From positions 1 to 17,138 of the forward strand of contig CAXHJY010001564.1 in assembly GCA_964016885.1 (NCBI GenBank): a stretch of DNA of 17,138 nucleotides, read 5' to 3'. How positions within the stretch are numbered: position 1 is the stretch's first letter; the number at the start of each line of letters is the position of its first letter. Under the pieces are notes generated by a model. The model was not told the DNA's origin. It worked only from the letters and a program-made list of their open reading frames with translations, and did no database searches. Position numbers and translations under genes: made by a program. The stretch comes from Eledone cirrhosa. Its lineage: Eukaryota. This document shows positions 1 to 13,629 of the stretch, one piece after another.

Positions 1-2798
<2,798 letters not shown>

Positions 2799-3902
2799 AT
2801 CATCATCATTATCATTTTACGTCCGCTTTTCCCTGCTTGCAAGGTTGGGACGGGTCTTATTCAGCACATCATCTCTCCACTCGTCACTGTCCCTCGTCAT
2901 CTCCACCGTGTGCTTCAATGATCTGAGGTCTGTTCTCACCACCTCCGCCCATGTTTTTCGTGGTCTACCTCTACCACGTCTTCCTTCAACTGGCAATTCC
3001 TGGCACTTCTTCACCCATCGGTCATCCTCCATGTGCATCACATGTCCATACGACCTCAGTCTCATCTCCCGTACACTACATTATATCCCTCTCATACACA
3101 GTTTCTCTCTCAACCCATTTATGCTGGGTCGTTCACACACATTTACACTGCACATCCAACGGAGCACACTTGCCTCATTTCTCTCCAGCCGTCGCATATC
3201 CTCTGCAGTTGCTGCCCATGTCTCACTACCATGCAGCATCGCGCTCCTCACACAGGCGTCATACAACCGGCCTTTCGTACGCAGGGAGAAACCTTTCTTC
3301 GTCAACAGAGGAAGCAGCTCCCTAAACTTCTTCCAACCCGTCCTTATTCTACATACTATGGCCTCGGAACACCCTCCTCCCATGCTAATCTGATCCCCTA
3401 GGTACCGGAAGCTATCCACCACTTCTATAGCACCCTCTTGCATTTGAAAAATGTGTCTATCAGTGCGACTTCTACTGTCTAATTTCCCTGTACATCTACT
3501 GCATACATATTTCTCCCTACCTGTTAGATTGCCTGCTATCCCGCTACATCTCTTGTGTACCTAGGATCTGCATTGTGTGCATTTTATAGAATTTATGCCA
3601 GTTCCTTTTCTGCATATCAAACATGGCCATTTCCCTGACGGAATCAGGGTTTTGTCCTCTTTTCTACTCATCAACACTTTTGTCTTAGCTAGATTCACTC
3701 TCAGTCTTCTTGCTTCCAACTGCTGTTTCCATAGCCAGAATTTATTCTCTAGCTCCTCTACTGATTCTGCTATAAGAACCAGATCGTCAGAGTAGAGAAG
3801 TTCCCATGGACAGCCAGTCTTAAACTCCTCTGTTATGGCTTGGAGGACTATAATGAACAAGAGTGGGCTGAGGACCGAACCCTGATGTACTCCTACTTGC
3901 AT
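2799..3902 (-). mobile_element. 5'-truncated RTE-clade LINE (family A), inserted in TA microsatellite
   Basis: One reading frame runs 3902->2817: [22 protein letters not shown] (YADD variant), KTKVL, C4HC3 finger, [35 protein letters not shown]. The stop codon is followed immediately by an (ATG)n tail (2799-2815) and then TA repeat. Confidence 0.93.
2817..3902 (-). pseudogene. Disrupted RT C-terminal half of RTE LINE ORF
   Basis: ORFs 3561..3932, 3081..3443 and 2817..3065 are in the same frame, separated by premature stops TAG (3561-3563, where the 13630 copy has W) and TAA (3081-3083). Confidence 0.9.
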
Positions 3903-3914
3903 ACATATATATAC

Positions 3915-3995
<81 letters not shown>

Positions 3996-3996
3996 G

Positions 3997-4033
<37 letters not shown>

Positions 4034-4056
4034 TGTATATAAATATATATATATAT
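3903..4056. repeat. (TA)n microsatellite
   Basis: Direct reading of the sequence. Confidence 0.97.
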
Positions 4057-4101
4057 TTATGATAAAGAACACGAGCGTCTACAACATCAAAAGATTTTTA
4101 T

Positions 4102-4150
4102 TGGCTTACAATGTTTCTTCCTTACGTAACCGTAGGATTCGTCAGAGCTA
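4102..4150 (-). ncRNA. Minimal type I hammerhead ribozyme (PLE-terminus type)
   Basis: Minus strand reads tagct-CTGACGA-a-tcctacg gtta cgtaagga-a-GAAAC-att-GTA-agcca, followed by AATAAA (4102-4097). Core motifs and stem II are present, and stem I is short (3 bp plus one distal pair). Confidence 0.75.
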
Positions 4151-4389
4151 TAAAAGGGTTTGATTGGTGTTATGGACTCTACCTACCAAACATTCAAGAA
4201 CAAAGAGTAAAGAGAGAAAGTAGGGGACGATAAGTCTAATTTTGGTGTGGGAGGGTGGGGCGTGGGTCCTTGTTTACTAGCTGCGGTCATATTCATTCCC
4301 GGGAGTCGAGTGGTTAGCTGAACCATAGATGGGGTGGCGTCGATAGTATGGTGCAGAGGGTGTGCAGAAGCTACACAAACACAAAGAGC

Positions 4390-4780
4390 ATACAATATAT
4401 ATATATATAACGGAGGAGAAAGTACATGAGGTAATTAGAAATGGAAAAAGAGTAATAATAATAATCTATAATTAATAATGTATAATAAGGCATGGGGAAG
4501 ATTACACTATAATAAGGTATAAAAGTAAGAATAAGGTAAAATATAAAGGAGAATAAAAGTGGAAATAATAAAGATAAAAAAAAAAAAATATATATATATA
4601 TATATATGTATAAAAATATATAGAGAATATATAAAGAAATATAAGCGAATATTTGGAGGGGAAAACACAATGTAAAAAAAACGATATTTTCGATTTTTTC
4701 AAATAAAATAAAAATATAATTATGGGGGGAGAAAACGGGATAGAGAAATATGATCAAATGTGATTAGTTGAGAGAATATA
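4390..4780. repeat. A/purine-rich low-complexity tract
   Basis: Runs of A, AAT, GA and short TA repeats. Confidence 0.7.
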
Positions 4781-5744
4781 AGATGATAATAGTTTTGTCA
4801 AGTTTATACATCTTAATAATAAATAATCTGTGTATCAGAGTTACAGAACCTTCAATTCACTTACAGGTTCAAGCCACGTGGCATAGTCCATTGTTTATCT
4901 GTGCGGTCATGCGCGTTTGTCTTTGACACCACAGCAGATGCACAAGTTCGTAAATTCCAATGCAGATAGAAATCTATTTTTGCTCACCCGGACATTGACG
5001 GAGGATCCAATATTCCTAGTTCAATATGTGTTTGGTGTTATTTTGGTCGCACAAATCAATCACTTGGTTCAATATTATGGAGTATGGTTTTCTGGTCTTC
5101 GTAACAGTGTCAGTGGTTGTATATCTCGAAATCACAAGGATCACAGTACTCCGGTTTGGTGTGATTATCGGTCATCCAGCTATGTTGTTGGTGGTTGGAT
5201 TCATTTCTATTAGCCCGAACGTTGAACTTTGGTGTCGATAGAACATTAACGAGGCAGGATTAGATCGCATCTGTGGTACAAAACGGTACGCAAGGAAATT
5301 CTTTGTCTTCGTTTCATCCGGGTCCAGCAGTCACGTGCAAGAACTGCTACGTAGTAATTGTGGGGTTAATCGGTCAAGTCAGCAACTGACCGAAAATTCT
5401 CTTAGGAATTCAGACAGGCATGACAGGCACATTTAGGTCAGCAGCTTTCAACTCAAAAAATTCAGTTGATTCACCTATTGATATTATATCTGTGTTTTGC
5501 CATTACCTTGGAATGTGATGTTATGGTCATCAATAGTCCGGCAAGCGCATATCTCTCTTATATTGCGGAGAATGGTGTTCTGGTCCTCAGTAAACATTTG
5601 GGTCGGCAGGAGGGGTGGTGGTTCTCAGTTTCAACTTCGACAATACATATGTGTTACTCTGCATATCATGCTCCTCTCAAAGAAGAGTATTATAGGAGGA
5701 ATTCGTGCCACACACCACATATAGAGAGGATTTCTACAGAAAAG

Positions 5745-6030
5745 TATACATACATATACACATATATACACACATCATACACTCACACACACACACACAT
5801 GCGCATACATACATATATTCACATACATGTCACATATACACATACACACAATATAATACGCATGCATACAATATACATATATATATATATATATACAATA
5901 TACATGCATACAATGCACGCACACATGCATGCGTGCATGCACACACGCACGCACATACACATACATATATCTCTGTGTGTGTGAGAGAGAAAAGGAGAAC
6001 ACACACACACACATACACACACACGCAAAA
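5745..6030. repeat. Imperfect (CA)n/(TACA)n/(TA)n microsatellite
   Basis: Direct reading of the sequence. Confidence 0.9.
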
Positions 6031-6147
6031 ACACCAACCTTGTAGGGGACTGTACCACCCTTAGGGTACCTATCTATCTGGGTTACGGGTTGGGGGAAGG
6101 GGGGGGGGGCTATAGTCTAGGTGGGGGTTGCGTGATATATGTTGCGT

Positions 6148-7482
6148 CTATGTGCTAGGTTTAAAATAGAAGAAGGAACTCAGGGTTTTGTGTTGGCAAG
6201 AGGAGAAAATTTCCGATTTCCTGTTAAGCAGGTTCAGTTTAGAGTGTATTATGGCATGGCATTCCAGTAAGCACAGGTCACAACTTCCGCTCTGCGGTCG
6301 GTATGGCGTGGATCTAGTAAGCTTCTTCCAAAAAAGTTTGTATGGGGTACTATTATTTTTTAAAAAGGAGATGTATACTGCCAGTGAGGTGGCATTCTTA
6401 TGTCTATCGTGTCTAAATGTGTACATATGCGCGTTAAATCTAGTTTTAAATGTATTGGACGTTGCTCCTATATATGTTTTGGTAGAGTTGTGTGTAGTTA
6501 CGTCACATGCATATACAATGTTTTTCATGAGGCAATCCCCCCTTAGGGGACAATTACTACTCCGCCTACAATTGCAACTGCGGGTTCGATTAGTTAGCGT
6601 ACCTCCCGAAGTTTGGTTACTAGCATTATCACTAGGTGCCTCTATATCATTAGATGGCTCATTGATGCTATTATGTTGCCCATTTTCCAGTGTAGTCGGT
6701 TGCTGGTGGTTAACTGCCATTTTAATTGCTTCAAAACCTTCCCTAGTTTTCCTAATGTTCGTGCGTGCTAGGTGTGATGCGAGGTTAGGTGTGGTCGAAT
6801 AGGATAATTTAATTACGTTTTTGTTAATTATGTTGCGATATCTCTTGCCTGGTGGGAAGTTTTTTTCCAATAATGAGAAGAATACTCTGGGGAGGTTAGT
6901 GAGGACCTCAGAGTTAAAAGGTGGGTTAAAATACATGTTTTTCCTTCTTCTATTTTTCTTATCTGTGGGGTGAGTCTTGCTACTGTGCGTACTATTTTGT
7001 AGGGTTCCGTTATTAACGATAATGGCGTTGTCTGTTTTGCTTAAGCCCGGATGGTTTATATTCATGGCGTGATCATTTACTGTTTTAGAGTTGTGGTGAG
7101 GGATTCTAGTATTGTCTTTACGTGGTTCACATTTAGCTGGGTTACCGCCATTAGGGTTCTTACTATTATTCTTGCCTCTAAGTTGGTTAGGCTTTGTGGC
7201 CATACTATGTGTGAATATGTTGGTAGGTTTCACACTCATGGTTTGGGAGTCCTTATGTATATATGATAATCTACTCCCGTAACCAGATTCTGCTAGGGCC
7301 CTGTCATAATACTCTGCATAGGAGTTGAAGATACTCTCATTACAGGACAGTCTGCTAATTCTATTAGAGACCCCCTTGGAAATAGCGTTTAGGACTGATT
7401 TGGGGTGGTTAGAGCTGGCGTTTACATATGTTAGTCTATCGTTAGGTTTATGGTAGGGTGCAAATGTTTTACTTTCTAGGTC
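6148..7482 (-). CDS. Penelope-like element (Naiad-type) ORF, 5'-truncated: RT thumb + Cys-rich linker + GIY-YIG endonuclease
   Basis: The frame stays open 81 codons upstream of the listed ATG (7239), to 7482: [37 protein letters not shown] (PLE RT thumb). It continues with [45 protein letters not shown] (GIY-YIG), CDLCLLE and [14 protein letters not shown]. The upstream part is cut off at a TA tract. Clade call is from recalled motifs. Confidence 0.88.
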   Translation of the reverse strand, partial: DLESKTFAPYHKPNDRLTYVNASSNHPKSVLNAISKGVSNRISRLSCNESIFNSYAEYYDRALAESGYGSRLSYIHKDSQTMSVKPTNIFTHSMATKPNQLRGKNNSKNPNGGNPAKCEPRKDNTRIPHHNSKTVNDHAMNINHPGLSKTDNAIIVNNGTLQNSTHSSKTHPTDKKNRRRKNMYFNPPFNSEVLTNLPRVFFSLLEKNFPPGKRYRNIINKNVIKLSYSTTPNLASHLARTNIRKTREGFEAIKMAVNHQQPTTLENGQHNSINEPSNDIEAPSDNASNQTSGGTLTNRTRSCNCRRSSNCPLRGDCLMKNIVYACDVTTHNSTKTYIGATSNTFKTRFNAHMYTFRHDRHKNATSLAVYISFLKNNSTPYKLFWKKLTRSTPYRPQSGSCDLCLLECHAIIHSKLNLLNRKSEIFSSCQHKTLSSFFYFKPST

Positions 7483-7483
7483 A

Positions 7484-8160
<677 letters not shown>

Positions 8161-8432
8161 GATAAATCTACCAAGAGTTTACGGTAGTGTCCAATTTTGA
8201 ATTGTTGTTATTATCAATAAATATACTTCATTATTTCTGAAGACGGCGTATATATGTGTTAGGTATGTATATTTAATCTTGATAATTTGTATAATTTTGT
8301 ATAATTTTGTACATAGATCTGTTGAATATGCATACCAATTATAACACATATATACCCTAGAAACGATCGTTAAATAATGAACTTTTTTTGTTTAATATAA
8401 GGAATTGTTTATTCATTATTTGTTTAATATTT
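8161..8432 (+). mobile_element. ~270 bp non-coding HHR-bearing insert (solo PLE terminus or retrozyme-like) flanked by TA tracts
   Basis: Unique sequence bounded by TA repeats on both sides and containing the HHR at 8227-8381. Confidence 0.6.
8227..8381 (+). ncRNA. Type I hammerhead ribozyme with very long stem II
   Basis: Stem I TTCATTATTT (8227-8236) pairs perfectly with AAATAATGAA (8372-8381). CTGAAGA is at 8237-8243 and GAAAC at 8360-8364. Stem III is the palindrome ACGATCGT, and the predicted cleavage triplet is GTT (8369-8371). Stem II (116 nt) includes gtatatatgtgtta/taacacatatatac and ggtatgtatatt/aatatgcatacc. Confidence 0.85.
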
Positions 8433-8596
8433 TATATATATATATATATATTTTGAGTTTATGTTGGTTGTATACCAACACCTCAGTATGCAGGCTGGAG
8501 CACTCGACGAAGTGCGCAGGTTGGTTTGGTTACTCCGGAGTAGTGTAAAATAAAGTTAAATAAAAGTCAAATGATTAAAATTTAGCTTCGTTTATT

Positions 8597-8651
8597 ACTG
8601 CTATATATATTTCAGTGACAGCCATCTTTGGCTGTGACCTCTTCAGGCAGT
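8597..8651 (-). ncRNA. Type I hammerhead ribozyme (left arm of palindrome 1)
   Basis: Minus strand reads actgc-CTGAAGA-ggtcacagcc aaagat ggctgtcact-GAAA-tatata-TA-gcagt, followed by AATAAA. Confidence 0.85.
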
Positions 8652-9192
8652 TTGAATTAGTATGGTATAGACAAGTACATATGTTATTTAGGTGTATGAT
8701 ATTGTCAATACTCTGATATGCCCAGTTCCTTGTTGGGTTGTTAATTCACTGGGGAACTGGAATCATATGAATTCAAACAAACGAATTTTCGTGTCACGGG
8801 TCCCCTTCTCCTCTCATTGGTCAGTTATTAGAACATTCCTCATTCTAAGTGTTGTTATTGTTGGAGTTAGCTTAAAAATTGATAAAATGGCAGAAGGGAC
8901 AAGGTGTTAATGTTCCTTTAACACCTTGTCCCTTTAACACCTTGTCCCTTCTACCATTTTAACAATTTTTAAGCTAACTCCAACAATAACAACACTTAGA
9001 ATGAGGAATGTTCTAATAACTGACCAATGAGAGGAGAAGGGGACCTGTGACACGAAAATTCGTTTGTTTGAATTCATATGATTCCAGTTCCCCAGTGAAT
9101 TAACAACCCAACAAGGAACTGGGCATTTCAGAGTATTGACAATATCATACACCTAAATAACATATGTACTTGTCTATACCATACTAATTCAA

Positions 9193-9247
9193 ACTGTCTG
9201 AAGAGGTCACAGCCAAAGATGGCTGTCACTGAAATATATATAGCAGT
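9193..9247 (+). ncRNA. Type I hammerhead ribozyme (right arm of palindrome 1)
   Basis: actgt-CTGAAGA (9198-9204)-stem II-GAAA (9231-9234)-tatata-TA-gcagt, with AATAAA at 9248-9253. The stem I difference from the left copy gives a U-G wobble. Confidence 0.85.
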
Positions 9248-9291
9248 AATAAACGAAGCTAAATTTTAATCATTTGACTTTTATTTAACTT

Positions 9292-10067
<776 letters not shown>

Positions 10068-10168
10068 ATCATCATCATCATCATCATCAACGTTTAACGT
10101 CCGTGTTCCACGCTTGCATGGGTTTGGACGGGGGTAGTCCCACTTGAGGCAAGAGTGATTGTCTTGCT
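10068..10168 (-). mobile_element. Short RTE-type 3' terminal fragment with (ATG)n tail
   Basis: Minus strand ends cccgtccaaacccatgcaagcgtggaacacggacgttaaacg-ttg(atg)n, homologous to the 3' ends at 2799-2855 and 15099-15153. Confidence 0.8.
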
Positions 10169-10554
10169 GTATATATATATGTATATATATGTATGTATAT
10201 ATATATGTATTTATATGTATATATATATATGTATATATATATGTATTTATATGTATATATATGTATATATATATGTATTTATATGCATATATATATATAT
10301 GTATATGTATATATATGTATATATATATGTATTTATATGTATATATATATGTATTTATATGTATATATATATGTATTTATATGTATATATATGTATATAT
10401 ATATGTATTTATATGTATATATATATATATATGTATATGTATATATATGTATATATATATGTATATATATGTATATATTGCCAGGTGGTGCTATTAATTT
10501 AGACATGGCCTGGGCCAATACTGGCCAAAACATTTCAAAGTTATATATATGTAC

Positions 10555-10644
<90 letters not shown>

Positions 10645-10662
10645 ATATATATATATATATAT
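10169..10662. repeat. (TA)n microsatellite with TATTTA variants, containing a ~65 bp unique island (10478-10542)
   Basis: Direct reading of the sequence. Confidence 0.9.
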
Positions 10663-10753
10663 ATCATCATCATCGTTTAACGTCCATATTCCACGCTTAC
10701 ATTGGTTTGGACGGGAGTTTTCCCACTTGAGGTAAGAGTGGTTGTTTGCTCGC
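10663..10753 (-). mobile_element. Second copy of the short RTE-type 3' fragment
   Basis: Aligns to 10068-10168 over ~80 bp with about 11 differences and has the same (ATG)n tail. Confidence 0.8.
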
Positions 10754-10823
<70 letters not shown>

Positions 10824-10922
10824 GTATATATATATGTAAATATATATATGTATATATATAGATATATGTATATATATAGATATATGTATATATATAGATA
10901 TATGTATATATATAGATATATG

Positions 10923-10976
<54 letters not shown>

Positions 10977-10998
10977 GATATATAGATATATATATATG

Positions 10999-11029
<31 letters not shown>

Positions 11030-11105
11030 GTATATGTATATGTATATATATATATATGTATATGTATATATGTATATATATATAGATATATGTATATGTA
11101 TATAT

Positions 11106-11137
<32 letters not shown>

Positions 11138-11430
11138 GTATATGTATATATATATATGTATATGTATATGTATATATATATGTATATATGTATATATATA
11201 TAGATATATGTATATGTATATATATATATATGTATATGTATATATGTATATATATATAGATATATGTATATGTATATATGTAATATATATAGATATATGT
11301 ATATATATATATGTATATATATATATGTATATATATATATATGTATATATATATATGTATATAGATATATGTATATATATATATGTATATAGATATATGT
11401 ATATATATATGTATATATATATATGTATAT
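10754..11430. repeat. (TA)n microsatellite with TAGA/TATG variants
   Basis: Direct reading of the sequence. A 16-mer TATATATAGATATATG is repeated near 10850-10920. Confidence 0.95.
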
Positions 11431-11645
11431 ATCATCATCATCATTTTTCATCATCATCATTTTACGTCCGCTTTTCCCTGCTTGCAAGGGTGGGACGGGT
11501 CTTATTCAGCACAGCATCTCTCCACTCGTCACGGTCCCTCGTCATCTTCACCGTGAGCTTCAATGATCTGAGGTCTGTTCTCACCAACTCCGCCCATGTT
11601 TTTCGTGGTCTACCTCTACCACGTCTTCCTTCAACTGGCATTTCC
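11431..11645 (-). mobile_element. 3' fragment of RTE LINE family A
   Basis: Near-identical to 2799-3000 and encodes ...[13 protein letters not shown]...LASREKRT*. Has an (ATG)n tail and is embedded in TA repeat. Confidence 0.92.
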
Positions 11646-11712
<67 letters not shown>

Positions 11713-11919
11713 GTATATATATATATGTATATATATATATATGTATATATATATATGTATATATATGTATATCTATATATATGTATATCTATATATATGT
11801 ATATCTATATATATGTATATATATATATATCTATATATATGTATATATATATATATATATATATAGACATATGTATATCTATATATATGTATATATATAT
11901 AGACATATGTATATCTATA

Positions 11920-11985
<66 letters not shown>

Positions 11986-11999
11986 TATGTATATCTATA

Positions 12000-12058
<59 letters not shown>

Positions 12059-12082
12059 GTATATCTATATATATGTATATAT
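11646..12082. repeat. (TA)n microsatellite with TATC variants
   Basis: Direct reading of the sequence. Confidence 0.95.
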
Positions 12083-12240
12083 AAAATTTCAGGTTATCAA
12101 TAATGTAGTGATAATATATCGTTACGTTAGAGATGAGCAGCGTACGTGCAGGTTTGTTCAACGAGTATAAATTATATTCCGGAGAAATGTAGAAAGGATG
12201 AATATAAAATGAAAGTGCTTTTGTTAAAAAAGGAATTTAT

Positions 12241-12367
12241 TAGGTATTGACATATGTTTCTGTAACAGACCGAATACCTATGTATCGCTGCTTGCGTAAT
12301 CATATAATGTTAGCAAGCATTCGATAGCAAATGTATAATCAGTTGTCACTTCTTCAGAGATTTTGGA
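12241..12367 (-). ncRNA. Hammerhead-like motif with long stem II (left arm of palindrome 2)
   Basis: Mirror copy of 12812-12938. Confidence 0.6.
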
Positions 12368-12811
12368 TAAACTGGATAAAATCAGAAAAATTGAAGTATT
12401 TATATTAGTAAAAGAGGAAGGAACAGAGGGGATAGTATATGACAGATGGTAAAATAATTTACTGCTAAACAAGTATATAATGGGTTTTTAATGAGAATAC
12501 CATGAGTAAATCTAAATAAGAATTTTGGGAGTGCCAATTTTAATCTCTACTTGACCAACTGGACAGTGGACAGGGCTGGTCATTTGGTGCAGTAAATGAC
12601 CAGCCCTGTCCACTGTCCAGTTGGTCAAGTAGAGATTAAAATTGGCACTCCCAAAATTCTTATTTAGATTTACTCATGGTATTCTCATTAAAAACCCATT
12701 ATATACTTGTTTAGCAGTAAATTATTTTACCATCTGTCATATACTATCCCCTCTGTTCCTTCCTCTTTTACTAATATAAATACTTCAATTTTTCTGATTT
12801 TATCCAGTTTA

Positions 12812-12938
12812 TCCAAAATCTCTGAAGAAGTGACAACTGATTATACATTTGCTATCGAATGCTTGCTAACATTATATGATTACGCAAGCAGCGATACATA
12901 GGTATTCGGTCTGTTACAGAAACATATGTCAATACCTA
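12812..12938 (+). ncRNA. Hammerhead-like motif with long stem II and poor canonical stem I (right arm of palindrome 2)
   Basis: CTGAAGA is at 12822-12828. The 90 nt stem II contains gtgaca/tgttac, tatcg/cgata and tgcttgc/gcaagca. GAAAC-ATAT-GTC (12919-12930) gives a palindromic stem III and a GUC triplet, and AATAAA follows just downstream. Confidence 0.65.
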
Positions 12939-12989
12939 ATAAATTCCTTTTTTAACAAAAGCACTTTCATTTTATATTCATCCTTTCTA

Positions 12990-13021
12990 TATGTATATAT
13001 ATATATATATATATATACATA

Positions 13022-13054
<33 letters not shown>

Positions 13055-13075
13055 ATGTATATATGTATATATATA

Positions 13076-13108
<33 letters not shown>

Positions 13109-13212
13109 ATGTATATATGTATATATATATATATATACATATGTATATATATGTATATATATATATATATGTATATATGTATATGTATATATGTATATAT
13201 ATATATATATAC

Positions 13213-13288
<76 letters not shown>
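12990..13288. repeat. (TA)n microsatellite
   Basis: Direct reading of the sequence. Confidence 0.97.
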
Positions 13289-13322
13289 GTGAGAAAAACC
13301 ACAGACCCTCCATCTCAACTCA

Positions 13323-13360
13323 CCTTTTGAAAAGCAGAAGAACTGCAAAACCGGTAAAGG
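13323..13360 (+). ncRNA. Decayed minimal hammerhead motif in a ~145 bp island (13289-13432)
   Basis: cctt-TTGAAAA-gcag aagaa ctgc-AAAAC-CG-GTA-aagg, then AATAAA. All three stems are intact, but the core differs from CTGAAGA/GAAAC by three transitions. Confidence 0.55.
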
Positions 13361-13429
13361 AACCAAATAAATATATATATTTAAAAAAAAAATAAGACTC
13401 CAGTTGCATTTTCGATTTCATCTCTTTTT

Positions 13430-13477
<48 letters not shown>

Positions 13478-13486
13478 GTATATATA

Positions 13487-13629
<143 letters not shown>

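Larger units (their letters stand above)
12083..12989. mobile_element. Fold-back HHR element 2: 107 bp extension + 396 bp inverted arms
   Basis: Arms are 12190-12585 and 12594-12989, with no differences seen and an 8 bp spacer GGTGCAGT. Mirrored identical ORFs occur at 12278..12472(-) and 12707..12901(+). Flanked by TA tracts. Confidence 0.82.

Noticed and set aside
4917-5984. Short plus-strand ORFs as host exons
   Set aside because: No recognisable domains, several non-ATG starts, and one ORF runs into microsatellite.
6080-6130. G-quadruplex-prone G run
   Set aside because: It is present on the + strand, antisense to the PLE, but nothing indicates function beyond low complexity.
6188-6802. 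204 aa plus-strand ORF, and antisense ORFs over the LINEs such as 13632..14243
   Set aside because: These are antisense shadows of retroelement ORFs with no independent support.
6148-7482. Selenoprotein recoding, reported for some Naiads
   Set aside because: There is no in-frame TGA in the preserved frame. The Cys motifs use Cys codons and the ORF ends in TAG.
8692-9152. Mirrored 72 aa ORFs, and the 64 aa pair at 12278/12707
   Set aside because: These are by-products of the inverted repeats, with non-ATG starts and no recognisable motifs.
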